DNA of 64,000 nt from Saccharolobus solfataricus P2 (GTDB lineage: Archaea; Thermoproteota; Thermoprotei_A; Sulfolobales; Sulfolobaceae): assembly GCF_000007005.1 (NCBI RefSeq), contig NC_002754.1; one strand, given 5' to 3'. Positions 1-10,120 of this stretch are shown piece after piece. The notes beneath the pieces are model-generated. The model saw only the letters and a program-made list of their open reading frames with translations, made no database searches and was not told where the DNA came from. Each line of letters opens with the position of its first letter. The first letter of the stretch is position 1. The position numbers were made by a program, and so were the translations under genes.

Positions 1-694
1 TCACCTCCATAGAGTACTTAAGGGAGTACAACTGCTTCAGAGAGATTGTAACGAATTTCTCACCATCATAAGCATCTAGAGTATAAAGGTTGGAGTCAAT
101 AGCTAGAAAGTTCACTGGTGTTACCCACGGTAACTTGTAACGAAATGGCAAATACACTTTCTCCTCCTTAATTATAGGTTCGCCAAGTTCCAACTCCCTA
201 ACCCTTCTTGAGAACCATGACTTACTCCACGGGAAGGTGATGTACTCGTGAGGTCTTACAGTTATTCTAACGCTTTCCCCCACAACCTTCCTCAGAGTCG
301 TCTTTATCCTAACGTAAGCCTTCTTCACCCTTGGTTTTTCAATCGAAGCTCTCCCCTTTATGGCCCTTTTCCTCCACGACTTCAAGATCGAGAATGCGTC
401 ATTAATTGCCTTATCGACGTAGTGTGACGCGAGGTGGTTGATCTTCTCCAACTCTTCCCTAAGTGGTTTGTACACTTCCTTCTTCTTCGGTAGTGTTATC
501 TTGTAATTACCGTTCTTTTTTCTTACTTGTATTTTCGTTAAATTCCACAGGTAGTCAATTGCTTTCTGTAGTAGTGTTCTGTATTCTTTAATTAACTCTT
601 TGCTCTTCTCCCTCTCACTATTCTTGATAGAGTACGTGAAGTGCACGTATTCCTCTTCCGGTTCAAATTTTCTAATTCTTAAGTTCTTCAGCAC
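1..694 (-). CDS. tnpB: TnpB RNA-guided endonuclease (N-terminal part, continues beyond window start)
   Basis: Manual translation from GTG at 694 is open to base 1: MLKNLRIRKFEPEEEYVHFTYSIK…LPWVTPVNFLAIDSNLYTLDAY…. It contains a RuvC-I-like 'LAID' motif and overlaps the tnpA stop. Absent from the ORF track because there is no stop in the window. Confidence 0.85.
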   Translation of the reverse strand, partial: MLKNLRIRKFEPEEEYVHFTYSIKNSEREKSKELIKEYRTLLQKAIDYLWNLTKIQVRKKNGNYKITLPKKKEVYKPLREELEKINHLASHYVDKAINDAFSILKSWRKRAIKGRASIEKPRVKKAYVRIKTTLRKVVGESVRITVRPHEYITFPWSKSWFSRRVRELELGEPIIKEEKVYLPFRYKLPWVTPVNFLAIDSNLYTLDAYDGEKFVTISLKQLYSLKYSMEV

Positions 695-1253
695 ATTTCT
701 TCACCTTTTCGTATTTATGACTCCTCATACCATACAGTTTCCCACTGAATGAGACTAGTGTTGAGACTAAGTCTTCAACCAATTCTTCTGGTGTCTTGTC
801 CTCTTGGTTTATTACTACTATTTCACAGCCATGTGCTTTATAAGTCTCCTCTAGGATTTCGAAGCCGAATCTAACAAGTTTGTCTGGGTAAGCAACAACT
901 ACGCGTGATACTTCGTTATTTAATATCATTCTCAACAACTTCAAGAACCCCTTTCTCTTCATGTTTAACTTGGAACCTATGTCAGTGATTACTTGGTCGT
1001 ACTCCTTGACCTGTTCCTCTAGGTACTTAACTTGGTTTACTAGATCGTCTTTTTGTGTGTTTGATGATACTCTAGCGTAAAGTATTACTTTTCTTTTTCT
1101 AATAATTCCCATTAGCCTCTCTATGTCTTCTTCTCTGAATCTTTGTTTTCCGCTCTGTAGTATAACTGGTTTTATGTATCCTTTCTTAACGTATTCTCTA
1201 AGTGTTGCATAGGATATTCCTAGTCTTTGGCATGCTTCCTTAGGTCTTAGCGT
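672..1253 (-). pseudogene. tnpA: IS607 TnpA serine recombinase with MerR-like N-terminal HTH; start codon mutated to ACG
   Basis: YARVSS catalytic motif. The frame extends upstream of the track ORF (TLRPKEACQRLGISYATLREYVKKGYIKP…) to ACG at 1253, about 25-30 nt downstream of a TTTATATT box. DIGSKLN and YPDKLVR deviate from the family consensus DIGSGLN and YPDRLxR. Confidence 0.75.
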
Positions 1254-1312
1254 TGTATAAGAGTTTGTGGCAAAATAATATAAACTTTACGGTTTATCTG
1301 AAACTGTTGGCA

Positions 1313-1969
1313 ACGGCAACAAACCCCTTCTTATCACTAAATCGCCCAACATCACCAATCCTAGCCAAAATAATAGAACCCAAGGTTTTACCAATACTGG
1401 GAATAGTGAAAATCAAACTATCCTTGGGAACAAGATCCTCAAGCCTCTCCTCAATCTCCCTCTTCCTACCCTCAAGCCTCTCCAACTCGTCCAAAAGAAA
1501 CCTCAGCTAGAACCACACTATCCTCACTCTTCTCACTTAAATTCCTCCTAGACAAACTATCACTATAACCCAAGAGAATTAAATCCCTCCTCAACCTATT
1601 CTTAACCCTAGTAATACTCTTCACTACAAACTCCCATTGGCTAGTCAACTCTCTAGCATCACTCGTTATAAACTGACTACCCATATTAACAGCTAATTCC
1701 GCAAGTTTTTATCACTCTTATCATTCTTCTTCCCCCTGAAACCCTTGATTACTAAGGGATTAATAACCCTAACATCATAACACAAGTACTTAGCTTAAGT
1801 TAATATGGTAAATTCCAGTACTCTCAATACCCACTTTACAACCCTTAGGCAAGACTTGCTTTACTCCCTCAAAACCTTGCTTATTATTTTGAAATTCGTA
1901 GTATTTACCTTGGAAGTACACTACTAATTTATCTTTTGATATATCTATTCCAGCAACTGGGGCCTCCAT
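1313..1969 (-). pseudogene. IS110-family (DEDD) transposase remnant, multiply frameshifted and truncated
   Basis: From ATG 1969: MEAPVAGIDISKDKL…KVGIESTGIYHINL (IS110 N-terminal D and E motifs). Frame-broken pieces follow (VRVINPLVIK, KNDKSD, RVKNRLRRDL, IFTIPSIGKTLGSIILARIGDVGRFSDKKGFVA). RBS-like GGTGAG lies upstream. Confidence 0.85.
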
Positions 1970-2125
1970 GTATACTCACCCTTATTCGGGCTTCAAACCC
2001 AACTTCCGGTCCGAATTGGAGGAGGCTAAGTTCCCCGTCGAGCTCTAAGCTCAAGGACGCCGACGGCCTCAACCCTAGCCAGATCTATATTGCATAGATC
2101 TGACTAATATGTTTTATATAAGGGT
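1970..2125 (-). ncRNA. IS110 upstream non-coding end, candidate bridge/seek RNA region
   Basis: GC-richer, hairpin-rich non-coding stretch directly 5' of the IS110 transposase: stems ccgtcg 2035-2040/cgacgg 2061-2066 and cagatctat 2080-2088/atagatctg 2094-2102; TTATATAAA box on the minus strand at ~2113-2121. Confidence 0.45.
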
Positions 2126-2129
2126 TTGT

Positions 2130-2280
2130 CACGCCCCAATCCGAAGATTTGGCTTCATTTATCCCGTCGACCATGTTTTCCCAGCTGAGGAGAATATTAC
2201 TCTCCCCAGCTAATGTTAAAGTGCTGGCAAGGTGGGGTATGAAGCAGGAAGCCTTGTCCGTTAAGGCAAGGTAGTTTACA
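2130..2280 (+). mobile_element. Orphan right end of an IS200/IS605/IS607 tnpB element (reRNA/omegaRNA-like remnant)
   Basis: Ends in ggaagccttgtccgttaaggcaaggtagtttac, resembling the 'gaagcc…stem-loop…ggtagttcac' terminus typical of tnpB elements. An upstream hairpin agctgaggaga…tctccccagct is also present. Confidence 0.5.
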
Positions 2281-2639
2281 TAACTATCCTAATAACTCAA
2301 AATTCCTCTTTATTAGCTAGCACATTAAAAATTCAAAGGAGAACCGTATATCTGCCGTTTTTAGAATGTTGAGTTACTTTGTCGACTTATTGGATTTTTC
2401 ATATAAACAACTATTGTCTCTATTCAATTAATCTTTTAATGTGTAATTTACGTTTATGACAACTCTTAGTTCACAAAGTAATGTTAAGTTTATTAATTAC
2501 TATCTTTATCATGTGTTATTTTTAAAATATTGTTGATATTATGGTATATGATCTATCATTTTTATGCCTTAAGGAAAGTAAAGCTAAAGTTTTAATAACT
2601 TATTTGGAGTATGCTAAATCTGGCAAAGGGTGACGTAGA

Positions 2640-3317
2640 TTGGCAATAAAAATAGTGTTCTTTCATGATGTTTTATGTCCATTCTGCTTTGTAACTTCAA
2701 GACGATTAAGAAAAGTGGTAAATAAGTTTAAAGAAGAGGTGGTTGTTAAGCACAAGGCATTCATGATAATATCGTCGTTAGAAGACTTAAAAGCTGCTGC
2801 ACCTACTGAAGAAGAAGCAAAGGAGATTTTCAAACAAGAATTTTCTATCATAAAGAGATACTATCCAGATTATGATCCAGAAAAAGTGATAGGTAAAGGT
2901 AAAATAATATGGGTTTGGTCTCTCCCCCCTTTAATAGCATGTAAGGCAGCTGAATATCAAAGAGGTGATAATGGATACTGGGATTACTTTGATAAGGCTC
3001 AAGAGAAGTTCTTCTTGGAAGGTGAAAATGTTAATGACGATAATATTTTGATTCAGATTGCAGAGGAGTTAGGCCTAGATGTGGAGAAATTTAAAGAGGA
3101 TTTTAAGTCTAAAAAGGCTAGGATGTCAGTTTTCGAAGACGAAGCTGAGGCGCACGCAATGGGAATTAGGGGAGTACCAGCGCTACTGGTTAATGATTAT
3201 TGGCTTATTAGGGGAGTTCAAGAGGAGACTTATCTTGAATCGGTTATAGAGGATCTGCTATCTAATGGCGGAGAACCTAAAAAGGTGAAACTAAAAGCTT
3301 ATTGGGAAGCTACTTAA
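2640..3317 (+). CDS. DsbA/FrnE-family dithiol-disulfide oxidoreductase
   Basis: DVLCPFC CxxC motif, GIRGVP cis-Pro loop; TTG start with GGGTGA RBS. Confidence 0.85.
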   Translation: MAIKIVFFHDVLCPFCFVTSRRLRKVVNKFKEEVVVKHKAFMIISSLEDLKAAAPTEEEAKEIFKQEFSIIKRYYPDYDPEKVIGKGKIIWVWSLPPLIACKAAEYQRGDNGYWDYFDKAQEKFFLEGENVNDDNILIQIAEELGLDVEKFKEDFKSKKARMSVFEDEAEAHAMGIRGVPALLVNDYWLIRGVQEETYLESVIEDLLSNGGEPKKVKLKAYWEAT

Positions 3318-3328
3318 AATCTTTATAC

Positions 3329-3703
3329 ATGCTTAAACGGGTTAAAGATTTCATGTCAACACCAGTTTTTCAAGTTGAAGCAAATACTTCACTTCAAGAA
3401 GTATGTAAGTTAATGCTAGAGAGAGGAGTAGGATCAGTAGTAGTAACTGAGCAAGGTATTCCTAAGGGAATATTTACTGATAGGGACGCAGTTAAGGCAA
3501 TTGCTACAAGTTTAAGTTCCAGTGACGAGGTTAGATTAGCAGCTACTATGGGTAACCTAATAATTGTTGATGAGGACATAGATGTCTTCGAGGCTTTAAA
3601 AATAATGGCTGCTAATAAGATTAGACATTTACCAGTTAAGAATAAGGATGGAAATATTATAGGAATGTTCTCGATAACTGATGTGTATAAGGTTTATGGC
3701 TAG
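3329..3703 (+). CDS. Stand-alone tandem CBS-domain protein
   Basis: VKDFMSTPV…GIFTDRD…IRHLPV…IGMFSITD; ATG at 3329 preferred over the track TTG at 3302. Confidence 0.85.
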   Translation: MLKRVKDFMSTPVFQVEANTSLQEVCKLMLERGVGSVVVTEQGIPKGIFTDRDAVKAIATSLSSSDEVRLAATMGNLIIVDEDIDVFEALKIMAANKIRHLPVKNKDGNIIGMFSITDVYKVYG

Positions 3704-3740
3704 CTAAAAATATTAATTAGTATTCATATATGCTTAAAAT

Positions 3741-4313
3741 GTGAAAGTAGGTTATCTGATAGGCAGTAATGGCTACATTACTAACCTTAATAATGCAATT
3801 AAGCTAGAGGTAATAGATGGATCTAAGGAGATTATAAGCTTAGCTTACGGAAAGATATCAGATATACCTAAACTTGATGTTCTTATTGGAAGAGATTTTT
3901 TGCAAGGTGAAGTTTTATTTCTGAAAAATTACGCCAATTTTCTTATTGATAAAAATAGATTAACCAATATAATTCCGATTCAATTACCTTTACATAATCA
4001 AGACGCAATTTGTGTTGGAACTTCTAACTGTTCTGGTATATCTTTTAAGGATGTTATTTTCACATATCCATTTCCTTTTAGAGATTCATCGTTTAATTCT
4101 GCAATAATTTTTGAGGTTCTTGATCTAGATATAATTAGAGAGGTATATAGGGTAGTTAAAAGCGGCTCTAAGGTTTACATGATCTTACGTGATAAGTTAT
4201 TTGGCGGAGTTGATCCATTAGAAGGTTTAAGAAAGCTGTCCAGTAAATTTAAAGTGGCCATGGTAAAGGAGAAGGAAGGATTTTGGATAATAGAAGGTGT
4301 TAAAAAGAGGTAA
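3741..4313 (+). CDS. Protein with C-terminal class I SAM-methyltransferase-like segment
   Basis: PFRDSSFNSAI…IREVYRVVKSGS resembles methyltransferase motifs II-III; the glycine-rich motif I is not obvious. Confidence 0.5.
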   Translation: MKVGYLIGSNGYITNLNNAIKLEVIDGSKEIISLAYGKISDIPKLDVLIGRDFLQGEVLFLKNYANFLIDKNRLTNIIPIQLPLHNQDAICVGTSNCSGISFKDVIFTYPFPFRDSSFNSAIIFEVLDLDIIREVYRVVKSGSKVYMILRDKLFGGVDPLEGLRKLSSKFKVAMVKEKEGFWIIEGVKKR

Positions 4314-4339
4314 CCTACCCTTGGGACGTTTATCTTTTC

Positions 4340-5677
4340 TCATTTAGCTGTGAACCCTGGTTTAACTAGTTTGCTTAAGTCTAATATTTTATTTATCTCA
4401 TTATCGCTATATCCTAATTCCCTTAATGCTTCACGTATGGACATTCCCTTATTTAACTTCTTTCCTATTTCTGTTGCTTTATCATAGCCTATTACTGGAG
4501 ATACTATGGTTATAAGTGAAGGAGAGGATTCAGCATATCTCTTCATCTTCTCTACATTTGCTACCATTCCATCAATCACTAATCTTGACATCTTCTCTAA
4601 AGCCTCTGAGATGAAATTAACTTGGGTTACGATATTATAACCAACTAATGGAATTCCCATTGATAACTCAAATTCGCCTAACATTGATGCGAATTGGTTT
4701 GCATGATCTAATCCCACAACTTGTGCTGAGATTAGTAAAGTAGCCTCAACCGTAACTGGATTAGTTTTACCAGGCATTATTGAGCTACCAGCTATCTCCT
4801 CTTGTGTAGGTAAATCAATTTCATTTAACCCAGTTAAGGGACCGGAAAACATTAACCTTATATCTTGCCCTAATCTATATAGGTCTACTGCAATATTCCT
4901 CAGTGCTCCGCTTAATAATAAGAGATCGGTGAGCAATCTCATTGCTCTAAACCTATTAGCTGGCTTAAATCCTAAACCGGTAATTCTGTTTATTTCGTTT
5001 ATAACTCTTTCTTGGAATTCTGGGTGGCTATTTAGCCCAGTACCAGTCGCAGTACCTCCAATTGGCAATTCCTTCACATATTCCAAAATATTCATAACTT
5101 GTTCATGTTCATGCTGGAAAGCGTCTGCGTAGGCTGAAAGTTCTTGACCTAAAGTTACTGGTAATGCGTCTCTTAAATGGGTTCTACCAGCCTTTATAAC
5201 ATCCTTGTACTCCTCAGCCTTCTTATTTAAAGAGGATATTATTTGCTGTAATGCAGGCAGTAGCCTATTTGTTACCTCAGCTACTGCTGCAATTCTTATA
5301 GCTGTTGGCACAGTATCGTTTGAGGACTGACCAAAATTTACATGATCATTTGGATGTACTTTAAGATTAGAATAGCTAGAAGCTACTTCTGCTATAACCT
5401 CATTTACGTTCATATTAAGTCCGGTCCCTGAACCCGTTTGAAATACATCAAGCACTATCTTATCATCTAATTTTCCATCAATTAAATCGTCAGATGCCTT
5501 AATAATTGAATCCGCAATTTTTTTATCTAATAATCCAAGATCTGCGTTGACTTTAGCACAGGACTTCTTTAAAACTCCCATAGACCAGATAATTCTTCTA
5601 GGAAATTTGGTTCCAGTATTCATAAAAAGCTTGGGCGCAGTATCGGTATATTTCATAATTAATTGAACGTAATCCAT
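4340..5677 (-). CDS. fumC: Class II fumarate hydratase
   Basis: [11 protein letters not shown] signature, QTGSGT, HPNDHVN, SSND. Confidence 0.93.
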   Translation of the reverse strand: MDYVQLIMKYTDTAPKLFMNTGTKFPRRIIWSMGVLKKSCAKVNADLGLLDKKIADSIIKASDDLIDGKLDDKIVLDVFQTGSGTGLNMNVNEVIAEVASSYSNLKVHPNDHVNFGQSSNDTVPTAIRIAAVAEVTNRLLPALQQIISSLNKKAEEYKDVIKAGRTHLRDALPVTLGQELSAYADAFQHEHEQVMNILEYVKELPIGGTATGTGLNSHPEFQERVINEINRITGLGFKPANRFRAMRLLTDLLLLSGALRNIAVDLYRLGQDIRLMFSGPLTGLNEIDLPTQEEIAGSSIMPGKTNPVTVEATLLISAQVVGLDHANQFASMLGEFELSMGIPLVGYNIVTQVNFISEALEKMSRLVIDGMVANVEKMKRYAESSPSLITIVSPVIGYDKATEIGKKLNKGMSIREALRELGYSDNEINKILDLSKLVKPGFTAK

Positions 5678-5745
5678 TATATTAAATCTTTACAAGGAAT
5701 TATCTTTGAAAAAATCTTTAACCCACTTTACGTAATACCCAATAT

Positions 5746-6423
5746 ATGTCCGTAATAAGACTTGAAAATGTTACCAAGATCTATGAGGGGAATGTTAAGA
5801 CTATTGCACTTAGAGATATAAACCTAAGTATTGATGAAGGGGAGTTTATTTCAATATTAGGACCTTCTGGCAGTGGAAAATCTACTCTCTTATCAATCTT
5901 AGGAATTTTGGATAGACCATCACAAGGAAAGGTATACATTTACGAAGTTGACGTAACTAAACTAAGTGATAACGAGATCTCTAAAATTAGAAACGAATAC
6001 ATAGGCTTTGTGTTTCAGAATTTCAATCTAATTCAAAGACTTAGTGTTCTACAAAACGTTGAGTTACCATTAGTAGCTAGAGGAATACCAAAAAAGAAAA
6101 GAGAGGAAATTGCGATAAATTCTCTAAAACTAGTGGGATTAGATGGATTAATAAATAAAAAACCATCTGAACTTTCTGGAGGACAGCAGCAAAGAGTTGC
6201 CATAGCTCGTGCATTAGCACAAAATCCAAAGATCATATTAGCTGATGAACCTACCGGAAATTTGGATAGTAGTAATGCAAAAATTGTAATGAACATATTC
6301 AAAAAGATTAACGAGGAGTTTAAAACTACGATAGCAGTAGTAACACATGATAGAGAAGTTGCGAGTTATACAAAGAGAAAGATATACATTAGAGATGGAA
6401 AGATAGTTGGTGAAGAAAGATGA
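5746..6423 (+). CDS. ABC ATPase, LolD/MacB (type VII) family
   Basis: GPSGSGKST, LSGGQQQRVAIARAL, ILADEPTGNLD, VVTHD. Confidence 0.93.
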   Translation: MSVIRLENVTKIYEGNVKTIALRDINLSIDEGEFISILGPSGSGKSTLLSILGILDRPSQGKVYIYEVDVTKLSDNEISKIRNEYIGFVFQNFNLIQRLSVLQNVELPLVARGIPKKKREEIAINSLKLVGLDGLINKKPSELSGGQQQRVAIARALAQNPKIILADEPTGNLDSSNAKIVMNIFKKINEEFKTTIAVVTHDREVASYTKRKIYIRDGKIVGEER

Positions 6424-8927
6424 GGAATAGGTTGATAATTATCTTATTGTTACTTTCATTAACTCTCCCAATAATTCCAGTAAACTCACAGAGTACTGTT
6501 GTCATATCCAGTTGGGGGTGGGGAACACCACAAAATCCAATAAGGGTACATCCGGGTTATAATGATACGCCATTTTATGTTATAGCCTCACAGCCATTGG
6601 GATACCAGATTATTTACGCATATTTGGTTCTATCAGGAACGCCAATAACATCTGAAGGAGGAAATACCATAGCTTATGGTTCAGTGACCTCATCGTCCTT
6701 AACAACTTCTCAAATAATGTTCTTCCTCGATGTAAGTAATAACGCTAAACCGGGGACATATAATGTACCACTAGTAGTAGTATATCAGAACGCAGTCACT
6801 GGTTTGGAAAACCAAATAGTTCAAGAGATAACTATACCCATTTATAATGTAACCTTTCCAATTTTAGATCAAGTATTTTGGGGAACTACAGAACAATTAA
6901 TATTTGCTCAAGTAGGAGAAGGCTTAATACCTCTTACCTTTAGCGTTTTTAATCCCACGACGGAACCCATGTTAAACGTAACCTTAAACGTAGTCTTACC
7001 CAAGGGAATATTTACCCAAAGTGGTAGTAGAGATTTAACAGTTACAATTCCAGCCTTACCTGCTGGAGAACCAATATTCGTATCTTCAATAGTAAATGTA
7101 AGTAACCTTGTTAAACCGGGAGTGTATAGTCTTAATTATTCCTTTTCATTTACGAACTTTCTAGAATATTTCTACAAGCAAGAATCAAATAAAAGTATAA
7201 ATATAACAATATATCCTCAAGCCAAGATTAACATTTTTTCCGATCCCATCCAGTCAACTCCAGATAATATAACTACACTCGTAATAGGAATTTCAACTAA
7301 CGTTAGTAGCTTTATAATTAGTGTAAAGCCAGAATTGCCCTCAAGCTTCCTACCAATATCCTCAAACTTTACGTCTACTTCTCTATCACCGGGAGAAAAA
7401 GTAATATATGCTTTCAAGATTTACATACCTCAAGGGGTAATACCCTCAATATACCCTATACCAATAGAGGTTAATTACAGTGCATTGGACCAAAAGCTAG
7501 CAGTAGTTTATCTAACATATGCAAATATCTACTATAATGAAACTCCTAGGGTAGTTGAGGCAATTTGGAATACTACGATAACTCCATTTCCAGGGATAGG
7601 GACAATCCCCTTAACATTGGTTATCTATAATCCATTACCAATACCAATAACTGGTGTTAATATTACATACAAATTTCCTAATGGTGTATTTCCTTTACAG
7701 CCATTCATTTTTTTACCTGGAATTCCTCAGTATTCTTCTGTACCAATAACTATCCCAGTGGAAATAACGCCAAATGCCTCAGTAGGCGTACTCAATTTCA
7801 CTTATAAGATTTCTTACAATCAAGATAAAACTGTTGATGGCGTAAATAATATTTATGTTTTGCCCCCTGCTCCAGTGATAATTGAGGCTAATCAAACAGT
7901 GATAGGCAATGGAGAGTATGCGGTAGTTCCAATTAATGTTGTGAACCTTGGAGTGGAATATGTTTATAACGTAAATCTAATAACCCTCACACAAGGCTTA
8001 GAGATAATTACATCTGTAAATAATACGGTTCCCTTTATAAAGCCCAACTCATCAGCAACATTTTATTATACATTATACGCTCCACAAGATTTACCACCAG
8101 CTATGTATCCGCTAGTAATTAAATTGACATATACCTATTTTACCAATGAAATAGTGAGGACGTTTACAATTCCAGTTCTAGTAACTTCGTCACAATCACC
8201 AATACTTATATCATTCCTTAAAACCACGCTTTATTATAACACAAACAACACCGAGATCTTAGCAATTCAAAACCTAGCTAACTTTACGATATATAACATA
8301 AGGCTTGACTTAAATTACCCCTCACAAGAAATTTACCTCTCACAAAACCAGCTTTACATTCCATATCTTCCTTCTCACTTAATTTATACTGTCCCATTAT
8401 ATGTTATACCACAAATTCCACAAACAACGTCAATACCTATCGTAGTTACCCTCAACTACGTATTAGGCCAAGGTTCTCCACAGACCTATCAATATCAATT
8501 AAACTTACTCAGCACGGGATTCGTTAAAATGGAGATAACGCAAGTTTCCGCACAGATTGTAAATGATACAGTGGTAATTAGCGGGTTATTAATAAATACT
8601 GGATCACAAAATGCACAATATGTAACAATATCCGCTAATAACTATTCCTCAATTTATATTGGAAACGTACCCCCAAATAGTCCAACACCGTTCTCTTTTA
8701 CTTTAACGTTGCCTCCGGGTTTATACAAGTTCAATATTAGTGTAAACTACGAAAATGAGTTATATCAACCTAATATGACATTTTATACATTTTCTTACGT
8801 TGTATCTTATCCAACGTCAACCAGTTCTCAAGGTAAAATATCAGCAACAACAATATTATTGATAGCGATGATAGTAATTCTCATAACTATTATAATATAT
8901 TTGAGTCTTAGAGGGTTACGCAAATGA
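6420..8927 (+). CDS. Secreted, C-terminally anchored S-layer-domain-like (COG1361-type) multi-beta-sandwich glycoprotein
   Basis: N-terminal signal peptide, repeated 'PGxYxxxLxxxY' Ig-like modules, many NxS/T sequons, S/T linker and C-terminal TM helix with basic tail; ATGA overlaps with both neighbours. Confidence 0.75.
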   Translation: MRNRLIIILLLLSLTLPIIPVNSQSTVVISSWGWGTPQNPIRVHPGYNDTPFYVIASQPLGYQIIYAYLVLSGTPITSEGGNTIAYGSVTSSSLTTSQIMFFLDVSNNAKPGTYNVPLVVVYQNAVTGLENQIVQEITIPIYNVTFPILDQVFWGTTEQLIFAQVGEGLIPLTFSVFNPTTEPMLNVTLNVVLPKGIFTQSGSRDLTVTIPALPAGEPIFVSSIVNVSNLVKPGVYSLNYSFSFTNFLEYFYKQESNKSINITIYPQAKINIFSDPIQSTPDNITTLVIGISTNVSSFIISVKPELPSSFLPISSNFTSTSLSPGEKVIYAFKIYIPQGVIPSIYPIPIEVNYSALDQKLAVVYLTYANIYYNETPRVVEAIWNTTITPFPGIGTIPLTLVIYNPLPIPITGVNITYKFPNGVFPLQPFIFLPGIPQYSSVPITIPVEITPNASVGVLNFTYKISYNQDKTVDGVNNIYVLPPAPVIIEANQTVIGNGEYAVVPINVVNLGVEYVYNVNLITLTQGLEIITSVNNTVPFIKPNSSATFYYTLYAPQDLPPAMYPLVIKLTYTYFTNEIVRTFTIPVLVTSSQSPILISFLKTTLYYNTNNTEILAIQNLANFTIYNIRLDLNYPSQEIYLSQNQLYIPYLPSHLIYTVPLYVIPQIPQTTSIPIVVTLNYVLGQGSPQTYQYQLNLLSTGFVKMEITQVSAQIVNDTVVISGLLINTGSQNAQYVTISANNYSSIYIGNVPPNSPTPFSFTLTLPPGLYKFNISVNYENELYQPNMTFYTFSYVVSYPTSTSSQGKISATTILLIAMIVILITIIIYLSLRGLRK

Positions 8928-10120
8928 AGATACTGGATTTTATATCTTATGCTTTAAACTCACTAAAAGAAAGAAAGGTTAGGGCAATACTTACTATCCT
9001 TGGGATAGTTGTCGGACCTGCTACAATAATTTCTATAAACTCCATGGTATTGGGCTACTCACACACAATAATTTCGCAAATATCCAACTTTCTCTCACCC
9101 TATGATATTATCGTGACCCCCACTGGAAGGGGTCTGCCATTATCCCAATACCTCATACTCCAACTGGAGACTATCCTTGGAGTAAAAATGGTTATTCCAT
9201 TCTATTCATTTCCGGCGTTAATTAGAACACCTAATGGCTATGAAGGGGCAACAGTATTTGCGGTTAATATAAACCAGCTTAAGATAGCAGCTCCAGCTAT
9301 AAGCTTATCATCAGGTTACTTTCCAGCTGCGGAGGTTAGCTATGAAGCTTCAATAGGCTATCAGTTGGGAAATCCGCAAGGTGGATATAGTCCAATAAGA
9401 CCAAATCAAGTGATACAAACAATTATATTCTATAACGGGAATAATTTCACTAAGACATTTCTAGTAACTGGAGTTTTGAACGAATATGGAAGTTTTCTCG
9501 GAGTTGATATAGATAAGTCAATAATAGTACCTTTATCTTTTGGTCAGTCAATCTCAAGTTCTTATAGTGGAGCCATAATAATAGTGAGCTCTCTAGGAGA
9601 AGTGAATGAAGTTGTAAATGAAATAAAACAAAAGTTTGGAAATTCTTTAGATATTGTAGTGGCGGAGGAATTTATACAATTAATAGATAATACTTTACAA
9701 TCTCTTAACGGATTGCTAGTATCTGCAGGAGCTACGTCATTCATAGTTTCGTTTATGGGAGTAACTACAACAATGTTCACAACAGTGGTGGAAAGAACTA
9801 AGGAGATAGGGATATTAAGAGCATTAGGATTTACTAGGTTTGATGTACTCACAATGTTTTTAGTTGAAGCTAGTGTGATGGGGTTCATAGGTAGTATAAC
9901 AGGGCTCGCATTAGGTTCAGTAGTTGCATTAATATTAACACAAGAACATTTCGGATTGGGATTTAGTTTTCTAAAGGGTCTTTCAGTATCACCGGTCTAT
10001 TCTCCTACCTTTATGTTGTTAGTGCTAATATTTTCTACAATTCTAAGCGTCATTGCAGCACTAGGACCTGCTTACAATGCATCCAAACTAGATCCAAATA
10101 AAGCTTTAAGATACGAGTAG
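8924..10120 (+). CDS. ABC permease, FtsX/MacB family
   Basis: R+ILTILGIVVG first TM, large extracellular domain, VVERTKEIGILRALG, C-terminal ASKLDP..ALRYE. Confidence 0.92.
   Translation: MKILDFISYALNSLKERKVRAILTILGIVVGPATIISINSMVLGYSHTIISQISNFLSPYDIIVTPTGRGLPLSQYLILQLETILGVKMVIPFYSFPALIRTPNGYEGATVFAVNINQLKIAAPAISLSSGYFPAAEVSYEASIGYQLGNPQGGYSPIRPNQVIQTIIFYNGNNFTKTFLVTGVLNEYGSFLGVDIDKSIIVPLSFGQSISSSYSGAIIIVSSLGEVNEVVNEIKQKFGNSLDIVVAEEFIQLIDNTLQSLNGLLVSAGATSFIVSFMGVTTTMFTTVVERTKEIGILRALGFTRFDVLTMFLVEASVMGFIGSITGLALGSVVALILTQEHFGLGFSFLKGLSVSPVYSPTFMLLVLIFSTILSVIAALGPAYNASKLDPNKALRYE

Larger units (their letters stand above)
1..1312 (-). mobile_element. IS607-family insertion sequence (ISC1904/ISC1913-like), left part; runs off the window start
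   Basis: Serine-recombinase TnpA overlapping a TnpB ORF. The left boundary is placed where the neighbouring IS110 transposase reading (…RFSDKKGFVA) breaks off at ~1312. Confidence 0.85.

Noticed and set aside
1253-1510. 85-aa plus-strand ORF
   Set aside because: Antisense shadow of the IS110 remnant and IS607 end; no motif.
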